From Eukaryota sp. GEM-RC1 (taxonomy: Eukaryota), in NCBI GenBank assembly GCA_040285855.1, contig JAUFOQ010000006.1, forward strand, positions 1,240,001 through 1,304,000: DNA of 64,000 nt, written 5' to 3'. This document shows, one piece after another, positions 53,001-64,000 of the stretch. The position numbers were made by a program, and so were the translations under genes. Below the pieces are notes generated by a model, which saw nothing but the letters and a program-made list of their open reading frames with translations, did no database searches and had not been told where the DNA came from. Position 1 is the first letter of the stretch, and each line of letters opens with the position of its first letter.

Positions 53001-56000
53001 ATAGAATTGATACACTTACAGTCTGATCAAATTAATTGGGATGGATACAGATTGTTTGTACTCGCACACTTACAGATGGAGGAATTTAAAAATGCATTAC
53101 AGTTTCGCACTTCTTCTCAGAATTTGTTTTAAAATAAATAATGTAAAATAAGAGTTTAAAACTCCATTATAGATTCACACTTCTTCTCAGAATTTGTTTA
53201 AAAGCAAATACAGTATACTCATTTGTTCTATTTAGGGAAGTTGTAAGAAACACGAATGAAAGACAACGCAATCATTACTTTTGATTAAGGGCTAGCAATT
53301 TAATGGATCTACTTGTAAGTCTCATAATAGCAGATTAGACACAATCAATCAGGCAAACTCCCTTAAATGTGTCTCAGTCGATGCCCAAATTGATTCAGTC
53401 AATTATCACTAAGTATCAAGACCAACTGTACACTTAACCCTCCTAATTCAGCCTCGATTTTCAACAGATAGAAATAGAATTGATACACTTACAGTCTGAT
53501 CAAATTAATTGGGATGGATACAGATTGTTTGTACTCGCACACTTACAGATGGAGGAATTTAAAAATGCATTACAGTTTCGCACTTCTTCTCAGAATTTGT
53601 TTTAAAATAAATAATGTAAAATAAGAGTTTAAAACTCCATTATAGATTCGCACTTCTTCTCAGAATTTGTTTAAAAGCAAATACAGTATACTCATTTGTT
53701 CTATTTAGGAAGTTGTAAGAAACACGAATGAAAGACAACGCAATCATTACTTTTGATCAAGGGCTAGCAATTTAATGGATCTACTTGTAAGTCTCATAAT
53801 AGCAGATTAGACACAATCAATCAGGCAAACTCCCTTAAATGTGTCTCAGTCGATGCCCAAATTGATTCAGTCAATTATCACTAAGTATCAAGACCAACTG
53901 CACACTTAACCCTCCTAATTCAGCCTCGATTTTCAACAGATAGAAATAGAATTGATACACTTACAGTCTGATCAAATTAATTGGGATGGATACAGATTGT
54001 TTGTACTCGCACACTTACAGATGGAGGAATTTAAAAATGCATTACAGTTTCGCACTTCTTCTCAGAATTTGTTTTAAAATAAATAATGTAAAATAAGAGT
54101 TTAAAACTGCATTACAGTTTCGCACTTCTTCTCAGAATTTGTTTTAAAGCAAATACAGTATACTCATTTGTTCTATTTAGGGAAGTTGTAAGAAACACGA
54201 ATGAAAGACAACGCAATCATTACTTTTGATCAAGGGCTAGCAATTTAATGGATCTACTTGTAAGTCTCATAATAGCAGATTAGACACAATCAATCAGGCA
54301 AACTCCCTTAAATGTGTCTCAGTCGATGCCCAAATTGATTCAGTCAATTATCACTAAGTATCAAGACCAACTGCACACTTAACCCTCCTAATTCAGCCTC
54401 GATTTTCAACAGATAGAAATAGAATTGATACACTTACAGTCTGATCAAATTAATTGGGATGGATACAGATTGTTTGTACTCGCACACTTACAGATGGAGG
54501 AATTTAAAAATGCATTACAGTTTCGCACTTCTTCTCAGAATTTGTTTTAAAATAAATAATGTAAAATAAGAGTTTAAAACTCCATTATAGATTCGCACTT
54601 CTTCTCAGAATTTGTTTAAAAGCAAATACAGTATACTCATTTGTTCTATTTAGGGAAGTTGTAAGAAACACGAATGAAAGACAACGCAATCATTACTTTT
54701 GATCAAGGGCTAGCAATTTAATGGATCTACTTGTAAGTCTCATAATAGCAGATTAGACACAATCAATCAGGCAAACTCCCTTAAATGTGTCTCAGTCGAT
54801 GCCCAAATTGATTCAGTCAATTATCACTAAGTATCAAGACCAACTGCACACTTAACCCTCCTAATTCAGCCTCGATTTTCAACAGATAGAAATAGAATTG
54901 ATACACTTACAGTCTGATCAAATTAATTGGGATGGATACAGATTGTTTGTACTCGCACACTTACAGATGGAGGAATTTAAAAATGCATTACAGTTTCGCA
55001 CTTCTTCTCAGAATTTGTTTTAAAATAAATAATGTAAAATAAGAGTTTAAAACTGCATTACAGTTTCGCACTTCTTCTCAGAATTTGTTTTAAAGCAAAT
55101 ACAGTATACTCATTTGTTCTATTTAGGGAAGTTGTAAGAAACACAAATGAAAGACAAAGAAATCATTATTTTTGATCAAGGGCTAGCAATTTAACGGATA
55201 TACTTGTAAGTCTCATAATAGCAGATTAGACACAATCAATCAGGCAAACTCCCTTAAATGTGTCTCAGTCGATGCCCAAATTGATTCAGTCAATTATCAC
55301 TAAGTATCAAGACCAACTGTACACTTAATCCTCCTAATTCAGCCTCGATTTTCAACAGATAGAAATAGAATTGATACACTTACAGTCTGATCAAATTAAT
55401 TGGGATGGATACAGATTGTTTGTACTCGCACACTTACAGATGGAGGAATTTAAAAATGCATTACAGTTTCGCACTTCTTCTCAGAATTTGTTTTAAAATA
55501 AATAATGTAAAATAAGAGTTTAAAACTGCATTACAGTTTCGCACTTCTTCTCAGAATTTGTTTTAAAGCAAATACAGTATACTCATTTGTTCTATTTAGG
55601 GAAGTTGTAAGAAACACAAATGAAAGACAAAGAAATCATTATTTTTGATCAAGGGCTAGCAATTTAACGGATATACTTGTAAGTCTCATAATAGCAGATT
55701 AGACACAATCAATCAGGCAAACTCCCTTAAATGTGTCTCAGTCGATGCCCAAATTGATTCAGTCAATTATCACTAAGTATCAAGACCAACTGTACACTTA
55801 ATCCTCCTAATTCAGCCTCGATTTTCAACAGATAGAAATAGAATTGATAAACATGTAGATGCAAACATTGGTGTTCTATGAAATAATCCAGAAATGACGG
55901 CCCTTTTGGAATGTGACACTAGTACAATCTGATCAAATTATTTGGGATGGATACTGATTGTCAGACAAATTGAAGATTTTAAAAATTAAAGATTTAAAGT

Positions 56001-56011
56001 ATGTGATGTGT

Positions 56012-56163
56012 TTTGTGTTGTCTTTCATTCGTGTTCCTTACATCTTCCCTAAATGATAGAACAAATGAGCCTACCATATTTAAGTTAAGTCAAATTCTGA
56101 GAAGAAGTGGGATACTGTAATTTAGTTTTAAATTCCTCGATCTGTAACTGTGCGAGTACAAAA
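56012..56163 (-). repeat. Inverted, diverged partial satellite monomer at the array edge
   Basis: Reverse complement reads TTTGTACTCGCACAGTTACAGATCGAGGAATTTAAAAC...CTTCTTCTCAGAATTTG...GAATGAAAGACAAC. Confidence 0.85.
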
Positions 56164-56167
56164 AGAA

Positions 56168-56335
56168 GAAGGGACAACAACATCATTTGCTCTCCGTTTA
56201 CCAAATAAGTGGCTTGTTTTTCGTGGTTACAAATCTCTATTTCTAAAGTTTTTAGAAGTGGTTCAACGGATGATTCAATTTTTAGGACTTACACATAGAA
56301 TGTACTTGGTCTCTTGCAGCATCGTAGATACAAGT
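56168..56335 (-). pseudogene. Relic of family D-like RLE region
   Basis: Minus strand reads IYDAARDQVHSMCKS..IESSVEPLL..FGKRRA.DVVVP, matching IHDALRDQIHAMCKS..EPLL..KRRADVIVP at 9325-9678. Confidence 0.7.
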
Positions 56336-57148
56336 TTGGGATGGTTTTGTCCTTTTAGTCTATCAACCAGTTTAAAATCCAACTAATGGCCACAAATACC
56401 GACAAAGTCTTAACGACTGTCTCTATAAGAACAGACAAAATCTTTCGATTTGGATTTTACTTGAGCTACTCTAAAACATCTAACGGTGCTCTATCAGATG
56501 CAGGAATGTGGATTTTTGTAATTTTCCCTATAGAAACAAAAGTATCAAGTTAAAGCAGGAGCACTGGATTCAGGAAGAAAAAACAAAACAATAATAATTC
56601 TTTAGTAATACTTAAAAAAACCTCAAAAGTGCTGTGGGTTTGCTAATCAACATCTTTACCCCTGAACCATAGATTTTCTTTAAACAAACCCAGAGTTTAC
56701 ACTAATTAATTAACTAATTAATTTAGATTGTGAATGAATTAAATTCGACCAATACGTTCCATTTCAAAAAAAAGCAACAAAAAGTTGCTCAAAAAAATCA
56801 AAAACTGTCAGGTTTCGAAAAAAAGTCCAAGTGATAACTACTTTTGAATTACACTCTTTACCTTTTTTTAAAAAAATACCTTTTGTTTAAATCTACATAG
56901 TTAAAGTCACTACATGTAGCTCATTAAGTAAAAGATTACTATTGGTAACTTCCCAGTTCCAATCAAAAACTCATGAGTTTACACTGAACTTAATTCTATC
57001 GAACAAAGGGAAGTCGTTCCAGTCACAATCAGGAAGTTGATTGAACTTCCTGATTGAACGAAAGGCCGGTACTACAACCAATTTAAACCACTTAACTTTT
57101 GTTAAAGATTTGGCGGTAAAGAAGTCTTAGATTTCTTTAAACAATGGC

Positions 57149-57860
57149 TTAGATGATTTCGTCTCGAATGACAGAATCTACAAATCCATCAATAACTCCA
57201 TTAAATTCTCTTAAAACATCATCAAAGTACTTTTCAAAAAGATAATCTGAGACCTGTACTAATTGATTAACAAACTCCTTGTCGTCTTTTTTGAGGGGGG
57301 TGATGAGATTTGCCCAAAAATGATTGCTGAACAAAAAAGTTATTGAAGGAACCTTTTAAGATCGAGTCTCTTACTAGAGTTGGAGGAGGTGTTGAATTCC
57401 AAAAGGAAACTATTGAATCTAATGATGATAGTACCGATCCAAGCTTAACTTTTAGTTTCTCCCTAGTAGACTCTTGAACTTGATTCGAAGGAGAAGGTTT
57501 TTGAAGAAGATGAGTCACAACAGGCTCAATAAGAGGTTGATCCGGGGGAGTTTCAAGGGTAACAGGTTTGGATGAAGCATACTGTGATTCTATAGAAACA
57601 TCCACAGGTTTCTTGACTATCTTTCTTTTACATTTTCCAGAACATTTGGTTCGACGTTTAGGTTTAGAAGGAACAGCTAGTGAGTTAGCAGCATCGATGA
57701 AATGACTTAATGATGGTGTTGACGAAGAAGTGTCTTGGATTGGTTCATAAGAAGAACTAAAGAAGTCCAATGGTGCTGGCTCAATGGACGCCGGGTACTC
57801 AGCTGGTATGGAAGCAACATCAGGTTGTGCTAATGCTAAATAGCTATGTGATGGTTTCAT
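57149..57860 (-). CDS. Hypothetical Ser/Pro-rich protein, probably one gene split by a homopolymer frameshift near 57330
   Basis: Overlapping 197 and 61 aa ORFs, ATG start, higher GC than flanks, basic NLS-like KPKRRTK..KRK. No domain recognised. Confidence 0.5.
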
Positions 57861-57971
57861 TTCTGAAATGGATCAGACTAGGATGTATTGACGAAGAATT
57901 GACAATTTTCAGTTACCAAACTACTAGTCTAGTAGTAGTTCTGAAGGCCCTTATTAATATCATCTGCACCA

Positions 57972-60506
57972 ATGGATAATTCTCTTCGGCTACAACTGGA
58001 ACTTCTGGTTAATAAGGCCCAAAACCACAACAAATCAACAGTCCCGCTTTCAGATCTCCTTTCTCTACTCAAGAAAGAAGATCAACAGAATCTTGGCAGC
58101 TTTACTAAAGTTCAAAGGAATGCATCTCAACCAAAGCCCTCGTCTCCCTCGCTACTGTCATTTATTGCAGAACCTGCTGTGGAAACAGATATTGATCTTA
58201 TTTCTGCTATAGATATGCTTCGACAGTCTCAACCTATCTCAGAAGAACGAACTTCTTCAAATAGTCCTAAGGAAGTAAGTTTCTTTTCGACAGATAGTTC
58301 ACTGAAAGCAAAACCCCTGCTACACCTCACCCCCAAAACCCCTCGTCCAAAAGGATTACTACCAAAGCTTCCTAAATCTTCTCCAATGTCTTCTCTTTCA
58401 AAGATTACTCCTGAAGTAAGTGAAAGAAGTGAACCAATAGTTAGTCCAGTTATTAGTACAGATCACTCACTTCAATCATCATCTTTGATTGAATCATCGA
58501 GTGTCACTCAATATCAGGGCCATTTTCCTTGGACATCACAAATTCATGACATGAACTTTAAAATTTTCGGTAATTCGTCTTTTAGACCACTCCAAGAAGA
58601 AGCCATTAATTCAGTTCTATCTGGGCAGAATTTGTTGGTGCTTTTCCCGACTGGAGCTGGAAAATCTTTGATTTTTTATCTCCCAGCAGTGTTTTCTAAA
58701 GGTTTAACTCTAGTTATTTCTCCCTTGATTGCCCTTATTCAGGACCAAGTATCACAACTTGAAGTATTAAATATACCTGTTGCAGAGCTCTCGTCTAACA
58801 CGTCAGCGTCTGATCAGAATGACGTCAACAATCAATTAAGTGATTATCATCGGTTAGGTCGATTGAAGTTGCTTTATGTTACTCCTGAAAAAATAGCGAA
58901 ATCACAAGTGTTGTTGAACAATTTAAAAAAACTCTATTCTGATGGCTTTTTTGAAAGAATTGTAGTTGATGAAAGTCATTGCCTATCAACCTGGGGTCAC
59001 GACTTCAGAAAAGATTATTTAAAATTGTCAATACTGAGAGAAGAGTTTCCCAATGTTCCTCTTACTTGTCTCACTGCAACTGCAACTAGTGTAGTGGAAA
59101 AGACATTTTACAAATTTTAAATTTGGCTCATAGTGTTGTTGTGTTTCGTCAGAGTTTTAACAGGCCGAATCTTCGTTACGAAGTTCTGCCTAAAACAAAG
59201 AATTCAGTGCAGGATATGGTTGACTGGATCAGAAAATATGATTATACCTCTTCTTGCGGAATAATTTATACGCTTTCTAAAAAAGACGCCGAAGACATTG
59301 CAAGTCAACTTTCAACTAAAGGTCTTTCTACTGGATTTTTACCACGCTGGTATGAATCCCAAGGAGAGATCACGTGTTCAAAGTGCCTGGATGTCTGATT
59401 CTATAAGGATCATTGTTGCCACAATCGCTTTTGCAATGGGGATCAACAAAAACGATGTTCGCTTCATCATCCATCATTCGTTGCCAAAGTCTCTATTTGG
59501 ATATGTTCAAGAAAGTGGCAGGGCAGGTCGAGACGGAGTACCTTCTAGATGTTTGTTACTTTACTCTTGGTCAGATAGAACTCGGTTGATTGGTTTAATG
59601 CAGTCTGGTGACCAATCAAATTACGATTCCCAGCTGAATCAGTTGAATTCTGCAGCAGAGTATTGTGTTTCTATCAATACTTGTAGAAGAAAGACAATTT
59701 TAGCTCACTTTGGTGAAGTTTTTGATTCGATCCACTGTGATAACACTTGTGACGTCTGCTTCTTGAATAGTCAATCTCTATTGAAGGAAATTAACTGTAA
59801 ACATGATGTGATTGACTTAGCTAATCTATTACAAATGGCAAAAACATCTGTCACGATCAATCATTTGATTGATTGTTATCATGCAAAGAAAGTTGCCACC
59901 CAGGCCAAATTTAGACCTGATGCTGAGTCACTGTTTGCGAAATCTACTCGTACTAGGGAATTTCTCGAAAACTTATGTCATGTGTTAGTAATTCAGGATT
60001 ATTTCACTGAAATATTTAGTCGGAACCGCCATTCACTTTGTATTTACATCCAACCGGGCAAAAATTATCGACAAATTTTTACTGAATCTTTCAATTTTTC
60101 AATCACTCGAGCTGATATCAAGGTCCGTAAACGTTTACAAATTGATCCATCTATCACTGACAAGCAAGAGTTATCGGAAACTGATTTGCTTAATCAATTA
60201 ATTAAAGTTAGATCTGATATTTGTGAAAAAGAAATTCATATTCGTCCTCAGCATTTGTGCTCATTTGATACATTAAGACGATTAGCTAGAGTTAGACCTC
60301 TGGATATGAAACAGTTCAAGGATATAACCAATTGGGCTTTGTTTAAAATGGATAAGTACGCGAACTCATTTTTGTCTGTAATACAGGATTTCTGCAGAAA
60401 TCATCCAACTGATGACGTCATCAACGATGAGGAAGCTAATGCACTGAAAAGGAGAGTTTCACTGGCGGCTCCATTACAAAAAAAGAAAAATATAAATTTT
60501 TTGTAA
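57972..60506 (+). CDS. RecQ-family DNA helicase (BLM/Sgs1-like), with two apparent homopolymer frameshifts
   Basis: FRPLQEEAI, PTGAGKS, YVTPE, VVDESHC..WGHDFR, LTATA, SFNRPNL, YHAGM, QESGRAGRDG, RQC zinc motif CRR..CDNTCDVC, HRDC-like C-terminus, disordered N-terminus. Confidence 0.95.
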
Positions 60507-60809
60507 CCTCGAGTCGTATTTACTTTAGTTTTTGGTCTATATTTAAAAATGTTCCTACCTATTCTATGTCTAGTGTTCGTTGACCTTTTGTTGATATTTG
60601 ACAATGTCATTTGTGAAGTTTAGGATGAAGACTACAACTCTTTTAAGAATATTCACTTAGAGGGAATCTTACGTTGTCTGGTAGGTTTTTCTGGCATTAT
60701 GTTTTTAGATGGCACGGATAAAGAATAATAGCTTCATAAAGTCTTTAAAGCATCCACATTACAATTGTATAACTAGCATCATCACTAATACCACTGGAGA
60801 TAATTGACT

Positions 60810-61322
60810 TTTTTTCGGTTGTTGATGTGATTACTGTGGATGTTTGCAAAAAAAGTACATTCCAGGATGCTAAGAATGAAGTTTCTCCACTAGATTTTTT
60901 AGAACAATACCAAAGAAACAAATATGATGAACCATTGACTGCTCTCAAACATATTAGACATGTTGAGTACAAATTATTTCATTTTGCTGGGAAAATTAAT
61001 CATGTTTACGTTCATTAGACTATTCCGTTACTGAAACATTTGCCAAGAAATTTAATTCTATTAGAACAAACTCTCTCTAACTTGGCTGAATTTGATGAAA
61101 CTAAGATTCCATTTCATGGTTTTTATTCGTCTGAATTCGCATGAGTAGGTTTCACCCATGCAAAACTCATCAGAAAATCTGCTATTTCAAGAGGTGTCAA
61201 GAGTTTCCTGTTTGAATTTTTCCAACGGTTTCCAGTGGATGGAATTACTATGTTGAATTCCAGTAATTGTCGTTGGGTTCAATCTGCTAAAGATTTGGTA
61301 TCATCCTTGTCTCCTGAAATGT
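60810..61322 (+). mobile_element. Chimeric relic: family D-like RLE piece (to ~60980) joined to a diverged family A thumb region
   Basis: ITVDVCKK..PLTALKHI matches 9240-9370. 60985-61322 resembles the reverse complement of 13222-13562 with many substitutions. Confidence 0.8.
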
Positions 61323-61820
61323 GACATATTAATATAGGACAAATAACGACCCCCGAAAGACCCATTTTTCGAACCCTTTGGGTCTGAAAAACATAACCAC
61401 TTGATTTTACTTTGTTCTGTTCGATGCCTAAGCTTAAGTTGTGTAAGAACAGTGGTATTGACCAGGAATTTTCTGTGTCTAGTGTTTTATAGCCTTTATT
61501 ATGATATGTACTTTTACCCCCTTCTATAAACAATCATTAGTAAAACTACAATCATTAAAATACTATTTAACTTTATCTATTGCACTCAGATCGCACTCGG
61601 CAACATTGCTTGTAACGCTCCATAATCAATATATTGTATTGTAACCAACAATACTACATATGTAGTTTATTGTTTGTGGTTGCTGATCCGTACACTACAC
61701 TAAAATGCCCATAGTAAGATACACTTGCGTTCCATGCCATGAACTTACTACGGTTTGTATAAAGTTACAAATGAATTTATTAAAATTACAGTCTTGCTAG
61801 ATTCTAAAAAATAAAGGCAA

Positions 61821-64000
61821 CTATGAGGTATTGTCCAAAAGCAGTGCAACTCCAGCTAACCTCCATTTAGACACTGGAATTCTTGTTTTAAGGAAGAAAG
61901 TCCATACAAACCCAGGACCTCTCATTGAAGTGGAATATACTGGACAATCAAAGAAATCTTTGGTGTTCTGAGTTTGTTTCTCTAAAGTAGTTGCTTTAAG
62001 ATAAAGTACAGGCAACTCATCGTATAGAACTTGAGGCTCAGACTCGGAGAGACATCCAGATTGAGAATCCCACCGAGCTCCTTCTAAGAAAAGGCCATGA
62101 ACATAGACACCTTCACGAGGAGGCGTGGTAATTTCTGAAACTTTCTTTTAGTAACTTCTGTTTGAATAACCATGTTATCTAAGGGCCATTGATTCTTTCT
62201 AGCAGTGACTTGCATTACAGCTGTCAAAAATGATTGAGGATTAAATAGACCAGAAAGCCATAAAACTGGTGGAACTGAGTTCAAGTTGATTGTCCACTCA
62301 GTTAGTTGACGGTGTCTATCTAAAAGATTCAAGAACCACTCTTGAAGTGGTCTAAGTGAAGCATAAGCAACAGCAGCAAAGTTTGCAGGAACTCTGTTGG
62401 TGAAAAGATCGTCAATTATGGTATCCATTTTCTCTGAAATGGTCAAATCTCCAGCTAATCCGAGTTGAACTTCCTTTAATGAGGTCCTAATTTCCTTTAG
62501 TAAAACATTCATTCGATCACATTCTTGAAGACAAACAGCTACAAACGGAGATAGAGATTCCACTCGAGAATAGAGATCAACCAAGTCAAACTCAGGAGGA
62601 AGTCGCTCTAGAATCGGTTCAAGGACTTGACCGGCCTTTTTCTTCTCTTGAGATTCCACCTGCAGCAAGTGCTTGCTTCGGCTGAATATCTAGGATAGTG
62701 TTGAAAAGATCGTTGGCAATTAAAGTTAAATATCGAATTTCAGCATTGGAATGAAGTCCAAATAGCTCAGGAGTTTCAGCGGGCATTGAGTCTAGGTACT
62801 CGACATAAGCTTCATAAGTAGAAGGCGAAGGTGATGGGAATCCGGGAGCTAATAACATTTCCTCAAACAAATCCTCCTTCATCAATACTTCTAGATAAGT
62901 TTTACACAAAAGTCGATCCCAGTCATCAGAAATATGACCTCCGTACATGATTTCTCCAAAGATATATTTAATATCAGCCCATGGAATCTGCAAGTTTCCT
63001 TCTAACTGATTATATAACACGTCAGCGCAGACAGTCAGATCTCCCAGGTTAAAAGGATAAGGTCTGTTCCATCCCAATGGGCCAAACTTCCTACGTTCTA
63101 AAATGACTCCATGGAAGAAGCAGAGAGCAAAAAGAATGGATTTAAACTCAGAGGATTTTGAACACTTTTCAAAGAATTCGTTATCGAAGCAATCAAGAGC
63201 TCTTCTCATGATAGCTTTAACTCCAGATGGAGGTTCATTTGTCACTTTAATACAATTCTGCAAAATACCAGGACTTATAGGGGCTGGTTCAGCAGTTAAA
63301 AAGAGTCTAAACTCTGGATGAGAGGGAACTTCTGATTCTCTAAAGGACTCCATTAACTTCTCTAGAGAAGGTAGCCACTTTAGAACTAGATGGAGGTTCT
63401 CAAGCATTACCCAAATTCCAGTTTCAAAGCCTTCTTTCAACGCAGCTTCAGCAAAGGGGGTTTGACCTTGACCAAGAGAAACAATTTTAAAAGTCTTTTG
63501 ATCAATTGTCTTGTTCTTAGTTCTACCAAAGACTTCAACCTGCTTAACAGGATCGACACCAGGAGATAGAATAAAGAAGAGAGGTACATCGGGGGAAGTT
63601 TCTTCATATGTGGATTCCAATGAGTAAGGAATAGAATCTACATATTGAGAGCCAATACTAGAAGAAACAAATACCTTAAGTGTATGAGTCAGTCTGTCTG
63701 GTCTAAGAGCTCTAAGAATCATTAACTTTTGGAACTCTGATTTCTTAGAATAATCCTGAGGTAGCCGTGTACTTTCAGGGGCGTTTGATTGGAACCACTC
63801 CCGCCAACGTTTTGACCCCTGATTCGACATCGATTGCAATCATTTTTAAATCATCAAATTGAGTAAGACCATTAAGAGCAGCCCATGCTTGGTCATCGAG
63901 CCAATTAAGAGGATTGGGCTTAGAAAAATCCTTAGTTCCTCGGATTAAATAATCTAATTCTTCTGCATTGATTTGGTCATTACGAAGAAGAATTTTAAAG
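61821..64000 (-). CDS. Axonemal dynein heavy chain, C-terminal part (outer-arm beta-like); start lies beyond the window
   Basis: LRALRPDR, FFILSPGVDP, VSLGQGQ, ERRKFGPLGWNRPYPFN.GDL, GEIMYGGHI.DDWDR, WLSGLFNPQSFLTA, GLFLEGARWD, CPVY..RGP..W.LAGVALL. About three homopolymer frameshifts. Confidence 0.96.

Larger units (their letters stand above)
16200..55985 (+). repeat. Tandem satellite array, 556-bp basic monomer, roughly 65-70 units (candidate centromere)
   Basis: CGATTTTCAACAG recurs at 16751, 17307 and 17863 (period 556). 70-bp sub-repeat at 24481/24551/24621. 473-bp variant at 53927/54400/54873. All units are head-to-tail. The centromere role is inferred only. Confidence 0.98.

Noticed and set aside
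16200..55985. CRISPR array
   Set aside because: The whole unit repeats with no unique spacers, there are no cas genes, and the context is eukaryotic.
16200..55985. SL-RNA, 5S, tRNA or snRNA gene array (the classical CRE target)
   Set aside because: I recognised no such gene or Pol III boxes, and insertions are not at a fixed site. An Rfam scan would be needed to exclude it fully.
56679..56891. Possible MITE bounded by TTTAAACAAA / TTTGTTTAAA
   Set aside because: A 10-bp AT-only inverted match with no clear TSD; likely chance.
57972..64000. Programmed frameshifting, pseudogenisation or alternative genetic code in RecQ and dynein
   Set aside because: Breaks fall in A/T homopolymers (about 59100, 59340, 62147, 62640, 63845) and, where I checked, a single-base fix restores the conserved motif. 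No in-frame stops interrupt conserved regions. Sequencing error is the simplest explanation.

Overview
AT-rich eukaryotic DNA, most likely from an intron-poor flagellated protist: it carries an axonemal dynein heavy chain and RecQ, neither with visible introns. The window has three zones. (1) 1-16.2 kb is a transposon-rich zone of CRE-like (RT + restriction-like endonuclease) non-LTR retrotransposon fragments and hAT-type elements. Much of it is four mosaic copies of a segmental unit interleaved with diverged satellite monomers. (2) ~16.2-56.0 kb is a ~40 kb head-to-tail array of a 556-bp satellite with an internal 70-bp sub-repeat, a 473-bp deletion variant and local higher-order repeats. Two young retrotransposon insertions and one hAT element interrupt it, and a third young retrotransposon copy sits in a satellite monomer at 12.2-14.0 kb. 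(3) 56-64 kb holds compact genes: a hypothetical gene head-to-head with a BLM/Sgs1-like RecQ, then the 3' end of a dynein heavy chain. The layout resembles a regional satellite centromere colonised by a retrotransposon, and the monomer may derive from a TPR-coding sequence; both points are inference. Homopolymer indels in conserved genes suggest long-read consensus errors. Family names A-D are my own labels; coordinates were counted by hand.
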